From contig CBDCJV010000002.1 of NCBI GenBank assembly GCA_965217895.1, positions 4,224,001-4,288,000 on the forward strand: a stretch of 64,000 nt of DNA, in the 5' to 3' direction. Source of the stretch: Waterburya sp. GTDB taxonomy: Bacteria; Cyanobacteriota; Cyanobacteriia; Cyanobacteriales; Xenococcaceae. A program made the translations under genes and the position numbers. Under the pieces are notes generated by a model, which saw only the letters and a program-made list of their open reading frames with translations, did not search any database and was not told the DNA's origin. Below, piece by piece: positions 46,871 through 56,558 of the stretch. Position 1 is the stretch's first letter. Each line of letters begins with the position of its first letter.

Positions 46871-49084
46871 TTACAATAATTTATCTAGCGTGATTGGTAA
46901 ATCTCGTACTCGCTTACCAGTGGCATGATGAACTGCATTGGCAATGGCTGCTGCTACTCCAACTATCGCTATTTCGCCGATTCCCCTAGCACCGAGAGGA
47001 TTGGCATGATAATCTGGTTCACCGCAGAAGATCGCTTCAATTTCGGGAATGTCGGCATTGACTGGTACAAGATATTCTCCTAAGTTAGCGTTGACATAGT
47101 TACCATAACGCGAATCAAGATAAGTATGCTCCTGTAGTGCCATGCCGATACCGCCAACAACTCCACCAATGGTTTGAGACTTGGCTGTTTTAGGGTTAAT
47201 AATGCGTCCCACATCTACAGCAGAAACTACCCGCGCTACGTTAATATCTCCTAGTAGTTCATCAACCCGCACCTCCACAAAAGTAGCCCCAAAAGAGTGC
47301 ATTGAAAATTTTTCTTTTTCCGAACCTGGTTCTGATGTCGCCTCGGCTTCAATAGATTCCTGGTTAGCTTGGGCAAGAATTTCAGCATAGCTTAAGCTTT
47401 GGGATAAGTTTTGCCGATCGAATATTTTTCCATCTTCAGCTTTTAAGTCGTCTTGTTTAGTTCTAGCCAGAGGAGAATCTATCTGTTTAGCTAATGCTAA
47501 AGCCTGCGATCGCGCTTTTTTACAAGCAGCTTGAACCGCCGAACCGACTGAAGCTACTGTCATCGAACCACCGTGAGCAGGGGCAAAAGGAAAATTAGAA
47601 TCGCCTAGCTCGAAAGAAATGCGATCACTTGGTATACCTAAAGCATCTGAGGCAATTATGGTCATTGTGGTATACGTTCCAGGACCCATATCAGAAGCAG
47701 CACTTTGTACCACCGCCGTACCATTCCTTAAAATACGGGCTTTAGCAGTAGCTGGTCTGCGTACCATTGGGTAGGTGGAAGTTGCCATACCGTAACCGAT
47801 TAGAATGCCGTTTTCTTGTTGCGATCGCGGTTGAGGATTGCGTTGATTCCAGCCAAATGCTGATGCACCCTGCTCATAGCATTCTCTTAAGGCTTTTGAC
47901 GACCAGGGTAAATTAGATTCTGGGTCTTGTTCGGCATAATTAATCTGTCTCAACTCAAGGGGATCGATTCCCAATTCGTAAGCCAATTCATCTAGTGCCG
48001 ACTCCAAAGCATAAACTCCCTGTGCCTCTCCTGGCGCACGCATAAAGGTAGGTGCAGAAATATCTAGCTTTGCCAGTCTGTATTTAGTCTGCGCGTTAGG
48101 ACAGGCATACAAAAAACGAGAAGCATTAAGTACGTTTTCGGTGTAGGTTTCAAACTGTGCCACCTCACCTGTCGCTTCATGAATAATCGAAGTTAAAGTA
48201 CCATCTTTATTAGCTCCCAAAGCAACGCGCTGAGTTGTATAAGGACGATGCCCCGTCATGCTAAACATCTGCTTGCGAGATAAAACCAGTTTGACAGGAC
48301 GATTAACAACTTTGGCAGCAATTGGCGCGATCGTAGTTTGCTGCCAGATACGTCCCGCACAGCCAAAAGCCCCGCCGACAAAAGGCGAAACGACTTCAAC
48401 ATTGTCTTGGGGAATGCCAAATACTGAACCTAAATGCTGTTGAACGCTTTTAACCCACTGAGTTTTGTCATAAATTTTCAACTTGTCCCCCGACCAGACA
48501 GCAATAGTTGCATGAGGTTCGATGGGATTATGATGCTCTGTGGGGACTGTATAATTAGCATCAATACTAACTTCAGCATTAGATAAGGCAGATTCTGGAT
48601 TACCGCGAGACTTGTCTGCTTCACTTTCGGGTATGGTCACTTGACCGTTTGCTTTGGCTTTATGTACACTGACGCTGTGTTGCTGTTTTTGATACTCAAC
48701 TCGAATTAAAGAAGCAGCTTGTTCGGCTTGTTCTAGAGTTTCGGCAACCGTAACAGCTACTGGTTGCCCATAAAAATAAATGCTATCCGTATAGAGAGTG
48801 TGGGGATACTCTCCCGATGGTGCGGTGGTAATTTTCTGTTCTGGCGGAATTGGCCTAAATGGCAGCTTAGGGGCATTTTGATAAGTAATAATCGCAATTA
48901 CTCCTGGTACTGCCTGAGCCTTTCGGGTATCGATGTTAGCAATACGTCCTTTGGCAACTGTACTAGTAGTTATAACTCCATGAGTTACATTTTCAACAGG
49001 AAATTCAGCAGCGTATTTCGCACCGCCCGTAACTTTAAGCTTTCCCGTGACTCGTTTTTTAGCCTGACCGATAATTTGATTCAT
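46871..49084 (-). CDS. Xanthine dehydrogenase family molybdopterin subunit (PaoC/YagR-like)
   Basis: KVTG.A.YA.E, VGGAFG, MRAPGE, GARGIGE, AIANAV..ATGKR.RDLPIT. Confidence 0.93.
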   Translation of the reverse strand: MNQIIGQAKKRVTGKLKVTGGAKYAAEFPVENVTHGVITTSTVAKGRIANIDTRKAQAVPGVIAIITYQNAPKLPFRPIPPEQKITTAPSGEYPHTLYTDSIYFYGQPVAVTVAETLEQAEQAASLIRVEYQKQQHSVSVHKAKANGQVTIPESEADKSRGNPESALSNAEVSIDANYTVPTEHHNPIEPHATIAVWSGDKLKIYDKTQWVKSVQQHLGSVFGIPQDNVEVVSPFVGGAFGCAGRIWQQTTIAPIAAKVVNRPVKLVLSRKQMFSMTGHRPYTTQRVALGANKDGTLTSIIHEATGEVAQFETYTENVLNASRFLYACPNAQTKYRLAKLDISAPTFMRAPGEAQGVYALESALDELAYELGIDPLELRQINYAEQDPESNLPWSSKALRECYEQGASAFGWNQRNPQPRSQQENGILIGYGMATSTYPMVRRPATAKARILRNGTAVVQSAASDMGPGTYTTMTIIASDALGIPSDRISFELGDSNFPFAPAHGGSMTVASVGSAVQAACKKARSQALALAKQIDSPLARTKQDDLKAEDGKIFDRQNLSQSLSYAEILAQANQESIEAEATSEPGSEKEKFSMHSFGATFVEVRVDELLGDINVARVVSAVDVGRIINPKTAKSQTIGGVVGGIGMALQEHTYLDSRYGNYVNANLGEYLVPVNADIPEIEAIFCGEPDYHANPLGARGIGEIAIVGVAAAIANAVHHATGKRVRDLPITLDKLL

Positions 49085-49094
49085 GATTTATAAT

Positions 49095-50084
49095 TTATGC
49101 TACTCTTGCTGCAACCGTAGATAATGCTCTAACGATCGCTCGTTTTCCTAGTTCGACCTTAAAGGCGTTGTGTTCGTAAGTTTTGGCTTTTGCTAAAGCT
49201 GCTGCTGCGGCTTTGGTAAAAGTTGCTTCGTTGGGCTGCTTGCCTACCAGTATTTGTTCGGCTTCGCTGGCGCGCCAGGGTTTGTGTGCCACACCTCCCA
49301 TAGCCACCCTCGCATCTTGAATAATATTGTCTTGAATATTCAAAGCAGCAGCTACAGAAACTAAAGCAAAAGCATAGGAATTGCGATCGCGCACCTTTAA
49401 ATAATAAGATTTATTAGTCCAATCAGCAGCAGGTAAATCTACTGCCGTAATTAGTTCCCCTGGCTGTAGTTCAGTTTCAATTTCTGGAGTATCTCCTGGT
49501 AAACGATGAAATTCAGTAAGGGGAATTTCTCTTTTTCCATTACTTCCTTGTACTTGCACTACAGCATCCAAAGCTGCTAATGCCACGCACATATCAGAAG
49601 GATTAGTAGCAATACACTGTTGACTCGTTCCCAAGATGGCATGAATGCGATTAAAACCTTCAATAGCTGCACAACCCGAACCAGGTTCGCGTTTGTTACA
49701 GGGCATGGAAGTATCGGTAAAGTAATAACAGCGAGTCCGCTGCATCAAGTTTCCACCGACGGTTGCCATATTCCTAAGCTGCGGTGACGCACCAGCTAAA
49801 AAAGCTTGAGATAAAACGGGATAGCGTTGGCGAATTAAAGGATGATTAGCAGTATCGCTATTACGTGCCATCGAACCAATTCTAACTCCCCCGTCTGATA
49901 ATTCCTCTATTTTGGCTAAAGACAAGCGAGTGACATCAACTAAATGGTCTGGCTGTTCAACACCATCTTTCATCAAATCTATTAAATTTGTGCCACCACC
50001 AAGAAACTTTGCCTGTTCAATGCTATTAATTACCGATACCGCTTCCTCTGTGCTGCTAGCGCGAGTATAATCAAAAGTTTTCAT
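49095..50084 (-). CDS. Xanthine dehydrogenase family FAD subunit (PaoB/YagS-like)
   Basis: GGGTNL.DLMK, GASPQLRNMAT.GGN, CNKR.PGSGC. Confidence 0.93.
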   Translation of the reverse strand: MKTFDYTRASSTEEAVSVINSIEQAKFLGGGTNLIDLMKDGVEQPDHLVDVTRLSLAKIEELSDGGVRIGSMARNSDTANHPLIRQRYPVLSQAFLAGASPQLRNMATVGGNLMQRTRCYYFTDTSMPCNKREPGSGCAAIEGFNRIHAILGTSQQCIATNPSDMCVALAALDAVVQVQGSNGKREIPLTEFHRLPGDTPEIETELQPGELITAVDLPAADWTNKSYYLKVRDRNSYAFALVSVAAALNIQDNIIQDARVAMGGVAHKPWRASEAEQILVGKQPNEATFTKAAAAALAKAKTYEHNAFKVELGKRAIVRALSTVAARVA

Positions 50085-50222
50085 ATTATTAGCTCTCTCA
50101 AAGTCCTATTCGGTAATTAGCTCTATTTACTTTCTACTTTCTTGGTGCGCGTACATGCGGCTAAAGCCTTTGTCTTGCGCCTGACGGCGACGCGGGGTCG
50201 CACCGCTTTTTACTTTAAAAAC

Positions 50223-50870
50223 TTACGCCTGTTCATAAACTTCTCTAACCGAGGCAACGATACCAGGATAAGCACCACAACGGCAGAGATTACCACTCAT
50301 CCGTTCTTTTATTTCAGCATCGGTTAATTCAATAGGTGCTTCGATGTTGCTAATATCGGCGGTGACTATACTTGCTTCTCCTGCTGCGACTTCATCTAAC
50401 ATTGCCACAGCAGAACAAATTTGACCAGAGGTACAATAACCACATTGAAAACCATCGTTATTGATAAATGCTGTTTGTATTGAGCTTAACTCCTCACCAT
50501 TAGCTATGCCTTCGATGGTAGTAATTTCTACATCCTGATACTGAACCGCCAAAGCCAAACAAGAATTAATGCGTACCCCATCAGCTAATACCGTACAAGC
50601 ACCACATTGACCGTGATTGCAGCCTTTTTTTGTTCCTGTTAGTCCAGCTCTTTCCCGCAGTACATCGAGTAAAGTTACGCGAGGTTCGATATTGACGGTT
50701 TGTTGAACACCATTGATCTTAAAAGAAACTTCCGCCCCTTTGGTAGTTAGGGTAGGCGATGGTGATGTAGGTTGCGACCTAGCAGTTTTGAACCAGTCTC
50801 CAATCACAGTAAATATTGTACTGAGAAACATGAATTGACCGAAACGCCGTCTTTTGAATCTAATTTTCAT
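50223..50870 (-). CDS. 2Fe-2S subunit (PaoA/YagT-like) with Tat-like signal
   Basis: RRRF leader; GC..GQCGACT, QCGYCT, CRCG. Confidence 0.92.
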   Translation of the reverse strand: MKIRFKRRRFGQFMFLSTIFTVIGDWFKTARSQPTSPSPTLTTKGAEVSFKINGVQQTVNIEPRVTLLDVLRERAGLTGTKKGCNHGQCGACTVLADGVRINSCLALAVQYQDVEITTIEGIANGEELSSIQTAFINNDGFQCGYCTSGQICSAVAMLDEVAAGEASIVTADISNIEAPIELTDAEIKERMSGNLCRCGAYPGIVASVREVYEQA

Positions 50871-50875
50871 TATGT

Positions 50876-53461
50876 TTACTCATCATTTTTTGCTTCCAAC
50901 TTAGCCAAACGACTAGTCAAATCTAGATTAGCTTGCTTGAGCCGATCGACCTCTTGCCGCAACTCCTTCACCGCCTTGTCTGCACCCAAGTTTTTCTGAA
51001 CTTTAGTTACGGCCTCTTCTGCACGACGACGCACTCTACCATCGGCAGTTTGTTCTGCCAACCCATTGAGAATATTTATAGCTTGGGCGGTTTGCATTTG
51101 CCCCAAAGCACCAACGACTGCCACCTGAGTTAAGAAAAAAGACTCTCCTGCGATCGCTTCTAGCTGTTCTAAAATTTCTCCCAATTTCTCAGGAGTTTGA
51201 CCAGTAGATATCTCTCCTAAGCAGCGAATGGCGGTAAGCCTTAGAGCCTGGGGAGTATTTGGCTTAGTATATTCTAAGATAATATCCACTGCATCAGCAG
51301 AAGTTTTCATTTTGCTCAAGCCTGAAATTGCACCACCACGCACAACTTCATTCCAACCAGCACGCTGTTCTAAGATAGTTTTGAGTAAAGCGATCGCCTC
51401 TGGCTGTTTTGCCTTGAGATTTCCCCCTACCATACCGCCCAAACTACGGGCAGCAGCAGCCTCGTTGTAGTAGCTAGGATCTCCTTGCTGGAGAGAATCG
51501 GCAATAACTTGATAGCTAGCAGCATTTTTAAAGTTACTCAATGCCGTAATCACTGCCCGACGCACTCTGGCATCTTCATCTTTTAAGCCAGACTGCAAAG
51601 CATCCATTGCTTGATTGAGCTTGATTTTACCCAGCTTTTTGGCTACTTCTACCCGTACTCCCCAAAAGCGATCGCTCTTTAAAGATTCGGCTAAGGCTTT
51701 AACTGTTTCCAATCCACCTTTTTTAGCTAAAGCAGCAGCAGCATAGATACGGGAAATAGGATCGGGGTCGTGTTTTAGCTGTTTTTTAAGTTGGGCAACG
51801 GGATACTGTAAGGTAACTGTTTTGAGAAAGTTATTGCCCACGTCAAAGCTAATAAAATCAGGCTTACTTTCTAGGGGGAAATAAAAGCTTTGTTCTGCCT
51901 GATAGGTACGAAGGGAAAAGGTTTTGAATTCTGGAATATCAGATTTTTCAGCTACATAGCCAAAGGCTACGGGAATCTTGAGATCGAATAACTCTTTACT
52001 CTCACTATCTTTCTGCGCCTGTTTTTGAGTAACGGTCAACTTAGCCAAATTACTATCGCCATCCCAAGCATAAGCTACCTGATAATCGGGATGACCACCA
52101 CGAAAAACGTACTGATCGAACAAGAACATTAGGTTATAACCAGTGGCTTTATCGATCGCCCGCAGTAAATCTACTGTCTCAACTGTCTGGTGAGCATTAT
52201 CCTGGACAAAGGTTTGAATTGCCTTGTCAAATAGCTCATCTCCTAAAATTGCCCGAATCATGTGATAGACACAAGCACCCTTTTCATAAAGATGGCGGTC
52301 ATATAGTTCAATTGCTTCACGGTAAACATTCGTCACAATTGGACGGCGGTAACGAGTACTATCTTCATTGATATAGGTACGGGCTTCATTTAACAGATAA
52401 TAAGCAGCATCATCTTTACCATATTCCTCTTCTGTCCAAAACACCTCCGCATAGGAAGCCATCCCCTCTTTAATCCAGGCGTGTGACCAGTGTTTGATTA
52501 CTACCAAATCTCCAAACCACTGATGCGCTAGCTCGTGTAGCACTAAACTTTCAGTTCTCATGTTATCAGTTGCTGCTCGTTCATCTAACAAACAACGATC
52601 TGTTAATAAGGTAGTAGAAGTATTTTCCATCCCGCCAAAGATAAAGTCATCTACACACACCTGGGCATATTTAGGATAGGGATAGTCATAGCCATATTTG
52701 CGGGACAAAAACTCCACCATCCGAGGAGTTTTACCCATGCTGCGTTTACCGTCTGCTTCTCTTCCTTTTTCTACATAGTAGGTAATCGGTTTGCCTTTCC
52801 ATTCATCAGCAATCTCGGCAAAATCTCCCACCGCCAAAGTCATGAGGTAAGTAGGATGTACCTGCTGCTGTGACCAATGGTAGATCTCGCTATCTTCCGC
52901 TTTTTCAGTATTAATCAATTGCCCGTTAGAAATTGCCTTAAATCCTGCTGGTACTTGGACTCGAATTTCCGAAGTGGCTAATTGCCCAGGATAATCAAAG
53001 CAGGGAAACCAGAAGCGAGAATCTTCATCCTCTCCTTGTGTCCAAACCTGAGTCGGTTTATCAGGATAATATTCTGTAGGCGCAATAAAATATAGCCCTC
53101 GTTGGGGACGATCTACCGAATAGGCGATCGCTACGGCGAGCGCTTCTGTTGTAGTGGCTTGCTGTAAATGAATCTCAATTTGTGACCCATCGTAATCAAA
53201 ATTCTGACTAATACCATCAACTAATACGGATTCAATGGTTAAATCCACTGCATCCATCGTCAGTTGCTGAATACCTGGACGTACGGGAATAATAGTAGTA
53301 GTGCAAGTTCCTTGGAAACTTTGATTAGGGATATCGAGAATTAAATCAAGAAATATATGATCTACCTGTCCTGGGCGGTCTGGGTTGTAGTGAGGTTTCG
53401 CCCCTGGAAGCTCAAAAGATTTGCGTTGATTTTCTTCAGCATCGAAATAAAAATGAGACAT
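50876..53461 (-). CDS. pepN: M1 aminopeptidase with C-terminal HEAT repeats
   Basis: GGMEN, HELAHQWFG..EG, YEKG. Confidence 0.92.
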   Translation of the reverse strand: MSHFYFDAEENQRKSFELPGAKPHYNPDRPGQVDHIFLDLILDIPNQSFQGTCTTTIIPVRPGIQQLTMDAVDLTIESVLVDGISQNFDYDGSQIEIHLQQATTTEALAVAIAYSVDRPQRGLYFIAPTEYYPDKPTQVWTQGEDEDSRFWFPCFDYPGQLATSEIRVQVPAGFKAISNGQLINTEKAEDSEIYHWSQQQVHPTYLMTLAVGDFAEIADEWKGKPITYYVEKGREADGKRSMGKTPRMVEFLSRKYGYDYPYPKYAQVCVDDFIFGGMENTSTTLLTDRCLLDERAATDNMRTESLVLHELAHQWFGDLVVIKHWSHAWIKEGMASYAEVFWTEEEYGKDDAAYYLLNEARTYINEDSTRYRRPIVTNVYREAIELYDRHLYEKGACVYHMIRAILGDELFDKAIQTFVQDNAHQTVETVDLLRAIDKATGYNLMFLFDQYVFRGGHPDYQVAYAWDGDSNLAKLTVTQKQAQKDSESKELFDLKIPVAFGYVAEKSDIPEFKTFSLRTYQAEQSFYFPLESKPDFISFDVGNNFLKTVTLQYPVAQLKKQLKHDPDPISRIYAAAALAKKGGLETVKALAESLKSDRFWGVRVEVAKKLGKIKLNQAMDALQSGLKDEDARVRRAVITALSNFKNAASYQVIADSLQQGDPSYYNEAAAARSLGGMVGGNLKAKQPEAIALLKTILEQRAGWNEVVRGGAISGLSKMKTSADAVDIILEYTKPNTPQALRLTAIRCLGEISTGQTPEKLGEILEQLEAIAGESFFLTQVAVVGALGQMQTAQAINILNGLAEQTADGRVRRRAEEAVTKVQKNLGADKAVKELRQEVDRLKQANLDLTSRLAKLEAKNDE

Positions 53462-53641
53462 GGATTATCTGAATAATTGCAGTATACCTTTATAGATTAG
53501 GGTATCTAATTCAGCGAAATTTTACTTAAGATTTATTTTTGACTATCAAGATCAAAACTGACTAATTTTTAAAAGCAATATTTTAAAAGCGATCGATACT
53601 TTAACTGATTTAATTGCGATCAAAATCAAGCTAATACTCGA

Positions 53642-53986
53642 TCAATTCTCAAATTTGCCCATTTTTCCTAACCGTATCGTCATCAGTTCAACATCGGTAA
53701 TTGCCTTATGTTCTCCTTGGCGAGTATTGGCTGGTGTAATCCAAAATGTTCCCATACTGTAGCGTTGTCCACTAGTTTCAATTTCTCCTTTTAAAACATA
53801 AACATATTCGTCACAAGGATGAGTATGAAAGGGAATTATTGTACCTGCTTTCATCCGTAATCGATGAATTGAACCATGTTCTGTAGGTTCAGCTAAAGGT
53901 AAAAACTGTGTTCCTGGAAACTGTTCCAAATCTTGCCATAGTTCCTGGTCTGTCTGGATAAAAATTTGCGAGGTCATATTCAACAA
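53642..53986 (-). CDS. Cupin domain protein
   Basis: P.HTH..DE..YVL.G motif. Confidence 0.8.
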   Translation of the reverse strand: MLNMTSQIFIQTDQELWQDLEQFPGTQFLPLAEPTEHGSIHRLRMKAGTIIPFHTHPCDEYVYVLKGEIETSGQRYSMGTFWITPANTRQGEHKAITDVELMTIRLGKMGKFEN

Positions 53987-54229
53987 TTGACAATGAACAA
54001 TTATCCATTGATAAAATATACGTTTTGATTTAATATTTTAACTGAGAAAGTGAATAATATTCACTCGAATACTATAATCATAGAAAAAGCCGATATTGTC
54101 AAGCTAGGGGCAGAAAAGACAATGATTTACTTACCGCTAATTTACATTCATAAAAAGCTTTTGGTTTTTTGTTGAGAGTATGGCGATCGCTTTTAGGCTG
54201 TACATCAATAACATTTGACAGTTTGAACT

Positions 54230-54838
54230 ATGAACCAAACATCTAAACCTAGATATAATGTGGCGCAAAGATATACTGCTCTATTAGATGCGGGAGAAAT
54301 ATTATTTTGTCAGGGATACGATCGAGCACAGCCCAAGCTGATAGCAGAAAAAGCAAATGTATCTGTTGGTTTGTTTTATCGACATTTTAAAAATAAAAGA
54401 GAAATGCTGACAGAAATTATGGTGAAGCATTTAGACAAGCTGCATCGGCAAATTGCTAAAGCATTAGAACAAAACCTAGAGGTAGAAGCAGCACTAAATC
54501 TGGTTTTGCTACAGACTCTGCACTATTTTCATCAGCATCAGCAGATTATCAAACTTTTTTTCCTGCAAATTGGCTACGGAGATTTTGCCGCTACTACTAA
54601 ACTTAGCCAAGCTAGACAAACTTACCGAAGTTTTTTAAGCAATATTATTCAAGCAGGAATTGAACAAAAGATTTTTTTAGATTCTGAATTACTCGATATT
54701 GAACTAGCTATAAATAGTATTATCGGCACAATTAACTGGTCTATTTATGATTGTTTGGTAGTTAAAAATAAACCTTTAGAACCTGAAATATTTATCAAGA
54801 AGCTGTTACCTCATCTACTTAGAAGTCTACAAAGATAA
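54230..54838 (+). CDS. TetR family regulator
   Basis: IAEKANVSVGLFYRHFKNK. Confidence 0.9.
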   Translation: MNQTSKPRYNVAQRYTALLDAGEILFCQGYDRAQPKLIAEKANVSVGLFYRHFKNKREMLTEIMVKHLDKLHRQIAKALEQNLEVEAALNLVLLQTLHYFHQHQQIIKLFFLQIGYGDFAATTKLSQARQTYRSFLSNIIQAGIEQKIFLDSELLDIELAINSIIGTINWSIYDCLVVKNKPLEPEIFIKKLLPHLLRSLQR

Positions 54839-54853
54839 TATCTTTTAAATAAA

Positions 54854-56263
54854 ATGAATCAGATTTTTAGCTCTAAAAGTTGGGGTTATTTGTTATTAGC
54901 TGCTAGCCTATTTTGTATCTTTATCGCTACTTTGTCTCCTTTTGAGTTGGTTACTCCAGAGGGGTTTTCTGTGAGTTATATTATTGAAAAATTTAATTTT
55001 GGCAGCAGTCTCAAAGACTATTGGCAAAATATTCTGTTATTTATTCCTCTAGGAATTAGCTTATTTATAATTACCGCTAACAAACACCGCAATATCTGGT
55101 TAATTCTAATTGTTTGCTGTTTAGTTAGTGCCGTAATATCTACGGCGATAGAGTTGACTCAGCTATTTCTCCCCACCCGTGTATCTAACCTAACTGATAT
55201 TATTTTTAACACCTGTGGTGGATGTGTAGGAGGAATTATATATCTTTGGCGTAAGAATATTATTCAGTTTTTTGCTGGCATTCTAACTGGTAATCGTCAT
55301 AAACTTAGTTTAAAGTCTTTACTTACGGCGATCGCCATTTATTGTTCCATTGTTATTTTAGCAATCTGGGTCTTATTAAACAGCATCAACTTATTAAATT
55401 GGGATGATGATTATTATTTAGCAATTGGAAACGAGGTTACAGGCGATCGCCCTTGGCATGGTTCTATAAATAGCGTGTATATTTGCGATCGCGCTTTAAA
55501 TCAGTCAGAAGTGATTCAGGCTTTTGAAGATCGCAATAGTTTTCTGTCTCCACTGTCTAGTTTAATCACATCTTTTTCTTTTACAGATCTGCAAGAATAT
55601 TATCAAGATAAAAATCAAAATACTCCAGACTTAAAATTATCTAAATCTCCTCAAGCTGAAATTAAAGGAGATAAAAATAAGCAGACAGAAGATAATATAA
55701 TATATCAAAATCTGGGAATTTTATTAAATAAGAATCAGTGGCTAAAAACAAAAGACAGTGCAGTTTTCTTAAATAAAAGACTCAAGCAAACTAATGAATT
55801 TAGTTTTTTCCTGACGGTTGCCTCCAGAGATCTTCAGCAAACTGGGCCAGCTAGGATTATTTCTCTAGCCGATAGCACAATTGCTCAAAATATCATAATT
55901 GGTCAATCAGAAAAAAACTTAAGCTTACGGCTGCGAACTCCGACAACAGGAAGCAGCGCGAATCAACCTCATTTTGTAGTTCCCAATGTTTTTGATAACT
56001 ATGGTTTTCATCAAATATTGGTTACTTTTGCTGATAAGAAACTATCTGCTTATATTGATTATCCTAAAAATTTATACTCTTTTAAATTTGATGTTTATAA
56101 TAGTTCCTTGAGCTACTTACCATGGAATAGGCCAGGATGGAATATTAATTTGGCAGAATTTAATAACTTAAAATATAAGCTAGGTTTTTGCATAGTTGTC
56201 TTTTCACCATTAGCTATTTTAATTTATTATCTAATATCTCTACAGTTAGGACAGTTGAGGTAG
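54854..56263 (+). CDS. VanZ family membrane protein with extracellular beta-rich domain
   Basis: NILLFIPLG..IE..Q.FLP.R.....D...N..G. Confidence 0.8.
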   Translation: MNQIFSSKSWGYLLLAASLFCIFIATLSPFELVTPEGFSVSYIIEKFNFGSSLKDYWQNILLFIPLGISLFIITANKHRNIWLILIVCCLVSAVISTAIELTQLFLPTRVSNLTDIIFNTCGGCVGGIIYLWRKNIIQFFAGILTGNRHKLSLKSLLTAIAIYCSIVILAIWVLLNSINLLNWDDDYYLAIGNEVTGDRPWHGSINSVYICDRALNQSEVIQAFEDRNSFLSPLSSLITSFSFTDLQEYYQDKNQNTPDLKLSKSPQAEIKGDKNKQTEDNIIYQNLGILLNKNQWLKTKDSAVFLNKRLKQTNEFSFFLTVASRDLQQTGPARIISLADSTIAQNIIIGQSEKNLSLRLRTPTTGSSANQPHFVVPNVFDNYGFHQILVTFADKKLSAYIDYPKNLYSFKFDVYNSSLSYLPWNRPGWNINLAEFNNLKYKLGFCIVVFSPLAILIYYLISLQLGQLR

Positions 56264-56558
56264 TAGTCCGTCAAAATTGTTCTGAGGAGTAATTGGGGTA
56301 GTGAGGTAGTGGGGTAATACTTCTTCATCTCCTCTATTCATCCATCTGCAATACCTACAATACTTCCATCAATTTAAAGTTGATAGGCTAGTAGTTTTAG
56401 TCAAGATTTAAGACAAAGAAATATTACTAAGTGTAAAAAAATACGGGTTTTTCAACACATCTTGGCAGATTGTAGGTACAACCATTAGTGTTCCCGATAG
56501 TGTGACTGTCAACTAGTATAAAAATACTATCTATCTTACCAAGTCAAAACTGTAGTTC

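Noticed and set aside
46862..46880. TTTGTCACTTTACA resembling a CAST right end, followed by ATAAT (4/5 match to TTAAT)
   Set aside because: Overlaps the natural ..DKLL-stop of the molybdopterin subunit and has no array of TnsB-like sites; probably chance.
50142..50215. GC-rich intergenic stretch (also 60345-60440) as ncRNA
   Set aside because: Looks like degenerate dispersed repeats; no promoter or terminator support.
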